From Candidatus Acetothermia bacterium (GTDB lineage Bacteria; Bipolaricaulota; Bipolaricaulia; M55B111), in assembly GCA_046543285.1 (NCBI GenBank), contig JBKGZS010000002.1, forward strand, positions 1-56,484: 56,484 nt of DNA, read 5' to 3'. Below are positions 1 through 8,180 of the stretch, piece by piece. The translations under genes and the position numbers were made by a program. The number at the start of each line of letters is the position of its first letter. The first letter of the stretch is position 1. The notes beneath the pieces are model-generated. The model searched no databases. It had not been told where the DNA came from and was given only the letters and a program-made list of their open reading frames with translations.

Positions 1-324
1 GGGGTGCTCTTTATACCCTTCCACGAGAACGAGATCCCATTTTCCCACCTCCTGGATCAAATCGAATAATTTTTCCGGGGAACACCTTTCTGCAAAAGCG
101 AGGTGGGTGCCGTTGTCGGCAGCTAAGGCTGTCAGCCGGGCACCAGCCTGCAAATGACGCCAACTGTCCTTTCCTCGGGGAGACAGGCTGGCTTCCTCCA
201 GAGTGTGTTTGATCGTAGCCAGTGAATAGTCCTCGGCCTTGAGCTTCTCAAGGAGTTCTTCAATTAAACGCGTTTTCCCGCTATCTGAATTTCCATATAT
301 CCCGATGATTGGCGATTTGGGCAT
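1..324 (-). CDS. mobB: Molybdopterin-guanine dinucleotide biosynthesis adapter protein MobB (C-terminal end runs off the window)
   Basis: Absent from the ORF track because there is no stop in the window. Reverse-strand ATG at 324-322 is preceded by AGGAGGAGAGG. Translation MPKSPIIGIYGNSDSGKTRLIEELL...ATIKHT...DLVLVEGYKEHP carries the MobB P-loop (GxxxSGKT), IKH and LVEG(Y/F)K motifs. Confidence 0.8.
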   Translation of the reverse strand, partial: MPKSPIIGIYGNSDSGKTRLIEELLEKLKAEDYSLATIKHTLEEASLSPRGKDSWRHLQAGARLTALAADNGTHLAFAERCSPEKLFDLIQEVGKWDLVLVEGYKEHP

Positions 325-473
325 GTTCCCTCTCCTCCTGTTAAATAGTCGATTTATCTGGTTAAGATCGGTGTTTGAGCACACCTTTGCCAGCGGCGGG
401 CTGCCTTTCACCTCCTTTAGACGTACTGTTGAGAAACTGAGGGCGGGGAAAAGTTGAAGGAAGCGAGAGGAAG

Positions 474-548
474 TGGTGGAGCCGACGGGATTCGAACCCG
501 TGACCTCGTGGATGCCGACCACGCGCTCTCCCACTGAGCTACGGCCCC
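474..548 (-). tRNA. tRNA-Ala (anticodon GGC) with encoded CCA
   Basis: 75-nt cloverleaf read on the reverse strand. Acceptor GGGGCCG pairs with CGGCTCC, including the G3:U70 alanine identity pair. D arm GCTC/GAGC. Anticodon stem CGTGG/CCACG with loop TCGGCAT. T arm ACGGG-TTCGAAT-CCCGT. 3' ACCA. Confidence 0.85.
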
Positions 549-662
549 AGCTCGGAGCAAATAATACCAGAGTGGCCGTCTAGATGCAAATTGAATTACA
601 ACCAAACAACCTGGTTTCCTTCCGGTGAATATTGGTCGATCAAAATTTCCAGACGTCGGAGG

Positions 663-1529
663 TTATTTTCCCTGCCTTGCAGCTACTGAAAGCCATCTGC
701 GCGGGACGTAAAGTTTTCCCTCTTTGTCGCGTTGACCGTGCTTTTCTATGGCGGGATTCACGGCTTTTTTCATGCTCTCCTTGGCGTCTTCTTCGGGATA
801 CCCGTGTAAGGCGCCCTTCGCGTACTGGGTAAAACTGCTGATTTGTTCCCAGGCTTCCTGGTACAGAGGGGCGGAAAATTCGCTCACGTCCTCAAGGACA
901 AACCCTGCTTGCTCGACCAACTCCAGGTAATGTTCCTTGGAATGGAAGTTGGCAGCTTCTGGGCTATCCGCGTTCTTTTCCCGGGTTATGTCTTTGGATC
1001 TAAGCAGGCGAACTGCTTTTCTAACCTGGGTTCTGTAAAATGAAAGAGTCTGTTCAGGACGTGCCTCAGAGTAAAATGAGGTGTTAAAAAACAGCCATTC
1101 TGGATCGAAGATCCGATTGATCTTTAATAGGGCATCTTTTTGATTTTCTGGATTTAGGTAATGGATCCCATTACCCCAGAGAGTAACGTCTACGTCGTAG
1201 GATTGGTCCGGGAGATCTTCGATCGCGCAGTGAACTAGTTGGATGGAGGTAACTCTATCTTTCAATTTCCTTTTTGTCTGTTCTAGTGCCCGGTGAGATT
1301 GGTCCAGGCAGACGATTTCGGGCATATCCCACCGATCGGGAATTTCATCCAGGAAGAGCCGAACCATGGTTCCCACGCCAGTTGCGATGTCCAGTAGTCC
1401 CTGCACTCTTTCCACCCCGTTTGCCACCATGGTATTGATCCATTCTTTGACCATTACTCTATTTATTCGCTTATATTCCGGGGTTTTTGCAAAAGGCTCG
1501 TAGTTATAATCCTCTTCGGGATCGGTCAC
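663..1529 (-). CDS. Class I SAM-dependent methyltransferase, substrate unknown
   Basis: 288-aa ORF. GTG start at 1529 is preceded by AGGAGGTG. LLDIATGVGTMV fits SAM-binding motif I. Confidence 0.75.
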   Translation of the reverse strand: MTDPEEDYNYEPFAKTPEYKRINRVMVKEWINTMVANGVERVQGLLDIATGVGTMVRLFLDEIPDRWDMPEIVCLDQSHRALEQTKRKLKDRVTSIQLVHCAIEDLPDQSYDVDVTLWGNGIHYLNPENQKDALLKINRIFDPEWLFFNTSFYSEARPEQTLSFYRTQVRKAVRLLRSKDITREKNADSPEAANFHSKEHYLELVEQAGFVLEDVSEFSAPLYQEAWEQISSFTQYAKGALHGYPEEDAKESMKKAVNPAIEKHGQRDKEGKLYVPRRWLSVAARQGK

Positions 1530-1604
1530 TGGTCCACCTCCTGGGGGCCGAAAAGAGACGACCGGTTGGGGCCGCTTCCCTCTGTAATCGAAATTATGTA
1601 TCCC

Positions 1605-2393
1605 TCACTCCGCAGCATCGAGACCGGAACGCAGGTGAAAACCACCGTCTACGTGTATCGTCTCACCGGTTACCATCTCTGTTGCATCGGAGAGAAGACA
1701 ACTGCAGACTTTGGCCACCTGTTGCCGGGAATCTTTTGTATCCCATCCCAGCGGAGAAATTTGTTCAAACCTTTTCGCCATCTTGTTGAAGCCTGGAATA
1801 CCACGGGCTGAAGATGATTTGATTGTTCCCGCGGATATACAGTTTACTCTAATCCCCTCTTTGCCCAGATTCAAGGCTGCCATCCGAGCAAAATACTCCA
1901 GGGCTTGTTTAAAGAAGTTCATCCATCCGTAGTGAGGCATAATCTTGTCGGTGTCAAAACTCATTGCTACGATACTTCCTCCCCCCGGACTCAACAGAGG
2001 GGCGAATTCTTGGGCCAGGGTCATAAGGGACAGGCTTGAGATCTTAAAAGATCGGACAATTTCCTCTTCCGAGGCCTCGAAGAAATTTGAATCGATGCAA
2101 CTTCTATCTGCGTAAGCAATTGAGTGAACAAGACCATCTAGATTTCCCTTCCACCGACTGTCGAGGAATTCTTTTGTGCTTTTGATGGTTTGCGGGTTGG
2201 TGACATCTAATTTGACTACCTCTGGACTTTCATCCAATCTCTTCAATGTGCGTCTCGTTCTGTCCACTTCGGGTGAGGTCAATAACACTTCAGCTCCCCG
2301 ATCAAGTAGTTCCTGGAGTACAGCAAATGAAATAGACCTTTTGTTTCTAACCCCTGTCAACAAAATATGCTTTCCTTCTAGCAATATAACCAT
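1605..2393 (-). CDS. fabI: Enoyl-[acyl-carrier-protein] reductase, FabI-type SDR
   Basis: ORF-track frame 1605..2492 trimmed to ATG 2393 (MVILLEGKHILLTGV). The longer form overlaps the moeA stop. Y-x6-K catalytic spacing (PHYGWMNFFKQALE), ISAGTIKS and VDGGFH are FabI-like. Confidence 0.7.
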   Translation of the reverse strand: MVILLEGKHILLTGVRNKRSISFAVLQELLDRGAEVLLTSPEVDRTRRTLKRLDESPEVVKLDVTNPQTIKSTKEFLDSRWKGNLDGLVHSIAYADRSCIDSNFFEASEEEIVRSFKISSLSLMTLAQEFAPLLSPGGGSIVAMSFDTDKIMPHYGWMNFFKQALEYFARMAALNLGKEGIRVNCISAGTIKSSSARGIPGFNKMAKRFEQISPLGWDTKDSRQQVAKVCSCLLSDATEMVTGETIHVDGGFHLRSGLDAAE

Positions 2394-2472
2394 CCTCCAT
2401 GAATGAAATTCACAAACCAACCCCTGATCCTGGAGTCCATTCCGAGCTGCAGCTTCACCGTCGCCACTTCCA

Positions 2473-4425
2473 TTAGGGATATATGACCTCACCCATTGCT
2501 CGTTTCGGTGCCAGCCCAGGAAGGGAATCGAGAATAGTATGGAATTCCTCGCTGGCCAGTTTTTCTCGAAATTCTTTTCCAGCAGGAGTGTCCATGATCT
2601 CGTTACGGATTAGGATATCGTACTCTTCTTCTTTGAGTTCCAAGAAGTGGAGACCCTTTTCCCTGGCTACGGTCTCGATACCTAAACCGACGTCCGCCTT
2701 CCCTGCATTTACTGCTGCGGCAACGGCGTTATGTGTACTCACTTCCACGTTGTATCCCTGTAGAGTTTCCGGAATCCGCTCCTCGATCTCTCCTAACCCT
2801 CGAGCCGCCTCGCTGAGCAAGTTATCGAACAGGAGCCGAGTTCCCGAACCGGCATTGCGGTTTATAATTGAAAGATTACGAGTCAGCAAGTCTTCCACGG
2901 AATCAATATCTTTTGGGTTTCCAGGAGCGACCATAAGGCCCTGGGTTCTGTTATATCCTTTTACTAGAGTGGCCTTCTCTGCCGTGTTCAATTCTTTCAA
3001 ATAGGGGATATTGTAACCAGCTTCAGTCCAGATATGGAGACCAGCGAGGTCGGCGATGCCGCGAGAAATGGCGTTAACCCCTCCTTTGGATCCGCGGTTT
3101 AGACTTCTCACCGATCTCGGCAATAGGCTAAGTAAACGCTGAAGGGCGATGCAATTACTTCCCATGACCAACAGTTCCGGGAGTTCCAAGCTTCGGGTCA
3201 ACAGGTTTACGTTTACCTGTTTATTCTCCGGAACGAAATTATTTCCTTCAGGGATATCGACGTAGCCGTCGGCGGAGGTCAGTAGGGTTACTGCTCCGCT
3301 TGCCTTGTTTATGGGATAAGCTCTTAACTCCTCGTTCCTTTTGACCAGTCCGACGTATTTCTGCTCCTTCCGACCGCCTTCGGAAGTCAGCCGGTCCGCG
3401 GTTCGGGCTCGAACCTGCTTCTTGCCACGAGATTTGCTGTGGGACACCTTCCGGATGAGTGGTGCTACAAATTTATCGAAGATCACATAGGCTGATGAGG
3501 GATTTCCGGGCAGGCCGAAGAAAGGGACATTGTCCAGTTTGGCCAAGATGGTAGGTTTGCCTGGTTTGATTTTTATCCCGTGGGCCAGAATTTCCCCTTC
3601 CGCTTCCAAAATCCTATAACCCATGTCCTCTGCTCCTGCGCTGGTGCCACCAGAGGAAATTACCAGTTCACATTCACTGGCCGCTCGTCTGAATATTGAC
3701 TCAATTTCCTCTGGATCGTCCCTTACAATTCCTAAAATCCTAGGTCGACCGCCAGCCTGTTTTACTCCAGTTGCCAGTAGATGAGAATTTACGTCGTGAA
3801 CCTGGCCGAAATCCAGTTTGTCCGCCGGTGGAACCAGCTCGGGCCCCGTGGAAACGATTCCAACCTGGGGAGGGAGGTAAACTGAAACATGTGTTTTACC
3901 CAGGGCGGCGAGAAGGCCAATCTGAGGAGGTCTAAGTTTCGTTCCTTCCTGTAGAACCAGATCACCCAACGATATGTCTGATCCTGCCTGGAGGACGTTT
4001 TCCCCTGGAATTACCGAGTCTTTGAGATAAAGAGTGTGGTCATCTCGTTCAGTGTTTTCCACTTTTATAACTGCGTCCCCTCCTGGGGGTATCGGTGCTC
4101 CGGTAGCTATCTGGACGGCTTGACCGGAGCTCACTTCAACTTCTGGTTTTCTGCCTATTAGTGCCCGCCCGTTGATCCTGACCTTCGCTGGTTGTCCTTC
4201 GTCGGCTCCGAAGCTGTCCGAAGCCTGGATGGCGTAACCATCCATTAAAGATCGAGAAAAACCGGGAACGTCAAGGGGAGCCTGTACTGGTTGGGCCACA
4301 ACTCCGCCCACAGCGTTTCTCAACTTTACTCTTCCGATCTTATCTTGCAAAAGAAAGTGGTTATCGATGATCTCCTTTGCTTTTTCAGGGCCGATCAGGT
4401 CTCTAAATTCTTTCCTCATTTCCAT
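2473..4425 (-). CDS. moeA: Molybdopterin molybdotransferase MoeA fused to a C-terminal periplasmic-binding-protein-like domain
   Basis: 650 aa. The N-terminal ~400 aa have MoeA motifs (MDGYAIQA, SSGGTSAGAEDM, GLPGNPSSAY). The C-terminal ~230 aa look like the PBP-like (oxyanion-binding type) module seen in archaeal-type MoeA fusions. Confidence 0.8.
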   Translation of the reverse strand: MEMRKEFRDLIGPEKAKEIIDNHFLLQDKIGRVKLRNAVGGVVAQPVQAPLDVPGFSRSLMDGYAIQASDSFGADEGQPAKVRINGRALIGRKPEVEVSSGQAVQIATGAPIPPGGDAVIKVENTERDDHTLYLKDSVIPGENVLQAGSDISLGDLVLQEGTKLRPPQIGLLAALGKTHVSVYLPPQVGIVSTGPELVPPADKLDFGQVHDVNSHLLATGVKQAGGRPRILGIVRDDPEEIESIFRRAASECELVISSGGTSAGAEDMGYRILEAEGEILAHGIKIKPGKPTILAKLDNVPFFGLPGNPSSAYVIFDKFVAPLIRKVSHSKSRGKKQVRARTADRLTSEGGRKEQKYVGLVKRNEELRAYPINKASGAVTLLTSADGYVDIPEGNNFVPENKQVNVNLLTRSLELPELLVMGSNCIALQRLLSLLPRSVRSLNRGSKGGVNAISRGIADLAGLHIWTEAGYNIPYLKELNTAEKATLVKGYNRTQGLMVAPGNPKDIDSVEDLLTRNLSIINRNAGSGTRLLFDNLLSEAARGLGEIEERIPETLQGYNVEVSTHNAVAAAVNAGKADVGLGIETVAREKGLHFLELKEEEYDILIRNEIMDTPAGKEFREKLASEEFHTILDSLPGLAPKRAMGEVIYP

Positions 4426-4479
4426 CGCGGAAAAACCTCGACTTGAATTAGCATGTCCGTTTCCTAGCTCAGTTTTTGA

Positions 4480-5724
4480 TTAGTTAAACTCCAGGTAACG
4501 AAGGTCCGGCGGTTGATCCCAGGTATGAAGTTTTATTTCCGTTCCTGCGGCTTTGCCTTCGGAATCTTCCGGAACCAGCACAAAACCGTCGCTGGCCGTT
4601 GCGGAAGTGAGAATCCCTGCACCAGCGGTTCGTATCGGCCAAAGTTTTTCGTCGGATAGCCGGACCCGAGTGACGGTAAGCATTCCTAATTTAGAATGGA
4701 TTTTTTCACCCAGTTGAAAGCGGGAAGGTTCAGGGTCTAATGACTGATGAGTTACCCGGGTCATTTTCTCTAATACAGGTTTAAGGAACAAAAGGGAATC
4801 TACTAGCGCCGCCACAGGGTATCCAGGCAGACAAACCACGAGAGAACCGTTGTTCAGTACGGCGCCACACAGTGGTTTTCCGGGCTGAATTGCTACTCCA
4901 TGAAAAAGAAGCGAACCCAGCTGGGAAAGGGCTTCTGTTGCCTGATCCCTCTCACCGACCGAGCTGCCGCCGATCATAATTATAAGTGGCTCTCCTTCGT
5001 GTTTGCTCAAAGAGTGCAGAAGGTCTGCAGTTTGGTCACTGTAACATGGTTCAAGTGCAACTTTACCCTCCCAGCTAGAGACGTACTCTTTGACCATCAA
5101 GCCGTTTGATTCGATGACTTCTCCCGGCACTGGCTTATTTCCGGGGGGTATCAGTTCCTCGCCAGTTGGAATAACCGTAATTTTAGGCTTTTTCCAGACG
5201 GAGACCTTTTCAATCCCCAGGCTTCTCAACAAGCTGAGGGCAGGTGGGTCAAGCTTGCGATCCTTTTTCAGGATTACCTCTCCTTTTTGTACGTCCTCGC
5301 CAACGGCACCGACATTTTGTTTGGGTGAAACAGGATTCAAGGCCTCCACCTGCTGTTCAGTCTCACGGGCGCTCTCAACTTTTAACACCGCATCCGTTCC
5401 TTTTGGGAGTGCAGCCCCTGTGTTGACTTTTACGGCCTCTCCATCTTCAATTGCGGTGACCAGAGCACTACGAAGCTTAAGCCTCCGGGGGGAGGATTGA
5501 GTGGCACCGAAGGTATCTTCGGCCCTGACTGCGAAACCGTCCATGGCAGCTCTGTCATAGTGGGGGATATTTCGAGGAGCTTTCAGTCGGGAAGACAAGA
5601 CTCGGTTTCTGGCTTGGTCCACTGGCACTTGTTGCTTTCGGTTCGTCGATTTCGCATTTCTCAACAATTTACTCAGGGCTTTATTCGATCTTAACAGGGA
5701 CTGGAATCCTGCATCTTTGACCAT
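4480..5724 (-). CDS. moeA: Molybdopterin molybdotransferase MoeA (second, unfused paralog)
   Basis: Frame 4480..5814 trimmed to ATG 5724 (MVKDAGF), which lies 4 nt after the moaA stop. Motifs MDGFAVRAED, IGGSSVGERD, LPGYPVAAL. Confidence 0.8.
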   Translation of the reverse strand: MVKDAGFQSLLRSNKALSKLLRNAKSTNRKQQVPVDQARNRVLSSRLKAPRNIPHYDRAAMDGFAVRAEDTFGATQSSPRRLKLRSALVTAIEDGEAVKVNTGAALPKGTDAVLKVESARETEQQVEALNPVSPKQNVGAVGEDVQKGEVILKKDRKLDPPALSLLRSLGIEKVSVWKKPKITVIPTGEELIPPGNKPVPGEVIESNGLMVKEYVSSWEGKVALEPCYSDQTADLLHSLSKHEGEPLIIMIGGSSVGERDQATEALSQLGSLLFHGVAIQPGKPLCGAVLNNGSLVVCLPGYPVAALVDSLLFLKPVLEKMTRVTHQSLDPEPSRFQLGEKIHSKLGMLTVTRVRLSDEKLWPIRTAGAGILTSATASDGFVLVPEDSEGKAAGTEIKLHTWDQPPDLRYLEFN

Positions 5725-5728
5725 TGTC

Positions 5729-6703
5729 TCAACCGCCGATGGTTGACATTTCGCTTGAGGTGCTTTCGTTTTGGCTCCAATTGTGGGAGAACGGTTTTGC
5801 CTCGATGGCCTCATGCAATTTATGTTCTATCCTTTTTTGAGAGAGTTGCTCCGGAGGCTCGGGCAAAAGTAGTTCTTCCTCCCGGGCCAGACAGGGCCGC
5901 AGTGCTCCTCTGGATGTTACTCTTATTTTGTTGCAGCTTTTACAGAAAGGGTGCTGTCGCGCGAAGATAAACCCAATTTTCCCCCTCTGACCCCCTTCGC
6001 TTATTTGATAATACGAGGCAGGCCCACTCCCAACTCGAACTGACGAGGGTTGGAGGGTCCACCGTTTTTCAAGCTTATTTCGGATTTGGTCAAGGTTCGC
6101 ACTCCGAAGACCAGAGCTGGCAGCTTCCCCCATGGGCATTAAACCGATATACCTGACCACTACCTGATGGTCCAGGGCGAATTGTGCCAGATCCAAAGCT
6201 TCGTCGTCATTGACATCTTCGATCATCACCGCATTCAGTTTGATCGGGTTTAGGTCAGCTTCTTTAGCGGCCCGTATCCCGTCCAGCACGTGGTCTAAAT
6301 TTCCAACTCGGGTTAGTTGGTTGAAAGTTTCTGGGTCCAGGCTGTCCAGGCTGATGTTTACCCTGTTCAGTCCCGAACGGGCAAGCGCCTGGGCCTTTTC
6401 TTTCAACAGAGAACCGTTCGTGGTCAGGGACAGATCTTCTACAGAACAGGTCCGATTTAACATGGAGATCAGTTTCTCGATTCCCCGTCTGACCAGAGGC
6501 TCTCCACCAGTTAACCTAACTTTGTGAATTCCAAGATTATTGGACGCTCGGACGAGCTTGACAATTCCTTCTAGCGAGAGGATATCCTCCTTAGAACCTG
6601 TGTTGACACCCTCTTCCGGCATACAATACTTGCAACGGTAATTGCAACGGTCCGTTATCGATACTCGGAGGTAATCCACAGTTCTGCCGTGTCGATCCTT
6701 CAT
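5729..6703 (-). CDS. moaA: GTP 3',8-cyclase MoaA (radical SAM)
   Basis: 324 aa. CNYRCKYC radical-SAM cluster motif near the N-terminus, C-terminal Cys cluster (CKSCNKIR...C) and GGEPL motif. Confidence 0.9.
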   Translation of the reverse strand: MKDRHGRTVDYLRVSITDRCNYRCKYCMPEEGVNTGSKEDILSLEGIVKLVRASNNLGIHKVRLTGGEPLVRRGIEKLISMLNRTCSVEDLSLTTNGSLLKEKAQALARSGLNRVNISLDSLDPETFNQLTRVGNLDHVLDGIRAAKEADLNPIKLNAVMIEDVNDDEALDLAQFALDHQVVVRYIGLMPMGEAASSGLRSANLDQIRNKLEKRWTLQPSSVRVGSGPASYYQISEGGQRGKIGFIFARQHPFCKSCNKIRVTSRGALRPCLAREEELLLPEPPEQLSQKRIEHKLHEAIEAKPFSHNWSQNESTSSEMSTIGG

Positions 6704-7236
6704 TCTGCTAACCCCTCCTTGTCGATTTCGAAGAGGGCATGGCCAATGGTCGGAACTATGAGCTTCTCGGCCGCCAGGCGAGCTGCGTCCGGGGATCCGG
6801 GAATAGAGAAAATCAAGGTATCGCTTTTGAGACCCGCTAAAGCCCGGGATAGAAACGCTCGGGGGCCGATCTCTGCAAAGCTTAAGTGGCGGAATAACTC
6901 TCCAAAGCCGGGGAGTAACTTGTCCAGAGATTCCTGAACCGTTTCCGGAGTCAGGTCTCGGGAAGACAGCCCCGTTCCTCCGGTGAATATTACCACCCGA
7001 ATACCGCTAGTTTCGATCGCTTCCGAGAGCCGGCTCATGATCAGATCACGTTTGTCCGAGATTATCTCCCGGTCTTCAACCCTGTGACCCGCTTCTTCAA
7101 GCAAGTCTGCCAGCAAGAAACCGCTCTCGTCGGTTGATTGGGTCCTGGAACTACTTACCGTGTAAATGACACACCCTATCTCGGATTTAGTCTGATTTTT
7201 ATGATTCATTGCCGACCTGGACATTGACGGCATCAC
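6700..7236 (-). CDS. moaB: Molybdenum cofactor biosynthesis protein MoaB/Mog family
   Basis: 178 aa with FTGGTGLSSRD motif. Start is uncertain: the in-frame ATGs at 7236, 7233, 7224 and 7209 all overlap the upstream MOSC stop. Confidence 0.8.
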   Translation of the reverse strand: MMPSMSRSAMNHKNQTKSEIGCVIYTVSSSRTQSTDESGFLLADLLEEAGHRVEDREIISDKRDLIMSRLSEAIETSGIRVVIFTGGTGLSSRDLTPETVQESLDKLLPGFGELFRHLSFAEIGPRAFLSRALAGLKSDTLIFSIPGSPDAARLAAEKLIVPTIGHALFEIDKEGLAE

Positions 7237-7651
7237 CGACGCTAATTCTGCCTCCCTTGAGGACCTTGAGGAAAATTCCCTTGTCGGGCATTATGCACCG
7301 GCCCGTTTTCTCCTTGATCGGACAGCCTTCATGGCATTCTTTGCCTATCTGGGATACCTGTAGCAGAACTTCCGAACCCACGGTCACCATCATGCCCAAC
7401 TTTATCTCCTTAATATTTAGATTTTCGGTGGTCAAGTTCTCCGCGAATTCGCCAGGTCTTAACTCCATGCCGCTTTCAGTTTCCAGCCGGTGAATCTCTT
7501 TTCGATCCAAAAGGCTGACTTGTCTGTTCTCTGCTCCGGCGTGAGCGTCATCAGCAATACCGTAGTCCTGTACAAGCTTCGCTGTTCCTCGGGGTTTCTT
7601 AATTTCCCCCTTTTTTTCGCTGACGTTTATCGAGATCAGTGTTCCTTGCAT
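7199..7651 (-). CDS. MOSC domain-containing protein
   Basis: ORF-track frame trimmed to ATG 7651 (MQGTLISINVS), preceded by AGGAGA and lying just after the moaC stop. Beta-barrel MOSC-like sequence with conserved Cys (QIGKECHEGC). Confidence 0.75.
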   Translation of the reverse strand: MQGTLISINVSEKKGEIKKPRGTAKLVQDYGIADDAHAGAENRQVSLLDRKEIHRLETESGMELRPGEFAENLTTENLNIKEIKLGMMVTVGSEVLLQVSQIGKECHEGCPIKEKTGRCIMPDKGIFLKVLKGGRISVGDAVNVQVGNES

Positions 7652-7652
7652 A

Positions 7653-8117
7653 TTAATCTCCTCTTTTCCAGTGTCCGCTTTCTCCACCCTCTTTTTCGAC
7701 TAACCGAATCGAGCGAATGGTCATACCTTTTTCTTCTCCCTTGGCCATGTCGTAAATGGTCAAAAGAGCTGTGGCACAGGCGGTTAAGGCCTCCATTTCC
7801 ACTCCAGTTTTGCCGGTGTAGCCCACCGAGGTGTGCACCACCAACCCAGCTCCGTTTTTGCTTTGCTCAATCTGGATTGAAACGTCGCTGATAGGCAAAG
7901 GATGACACAGCGGCAACAGGTTGGATGTTTGTTTCGCAGCCATTATGCCCGCAGTTTTTGCAACGGACAACACGTCCCCTTTGGGCAGCCGGGAGTGGGC
8001 AATGGCATCCAACGTCTCCTGGCTCATGGCAATTTGGCCCTGGGCTTTTGCTCTGCGGCAGGTATCGGGTTTACTTCCTACGTCCACCATGTCCACGTCG
8101 TTCTTTTGATCATTCAC
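7653..8117 (-). CDS. moaC: Cyclic pyranopterin monophosphate synthase MoaC
   Basis: 154 aa. LLPLCHPLP and GVEMEALTA motifs. GTG start preceded by GGAGG. Confidence 0.9.
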   Translation of the reverse strand: MNDQKNDVDMVDVGSKPDTCRRAKAQGQIAMSQETLDAIAHSRLPKGDVLSVAKTAGIMAAKQTSNLLPLCHPLPISDVSIQIEQSKNGAGLVVHTSVGYTGKTGVEMEALTACATALLTIYDMAKGEEKGMTIRSIRLVEKEGGESGHWKRGD

Positions 8118-8180
8118 TTTTTACCTCCAATGATCCGCCCGGCTTTCAATCCTAAATTAGAATAGCGGGTTCCTAATCCT

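Noticed and set aside
8118-8180. Moco riboswitch upstream of moaC.
   Set aside because: The spacer after polA is only 63 nt, too short for the ~130-nt Moco motif, and shows no matching structure.
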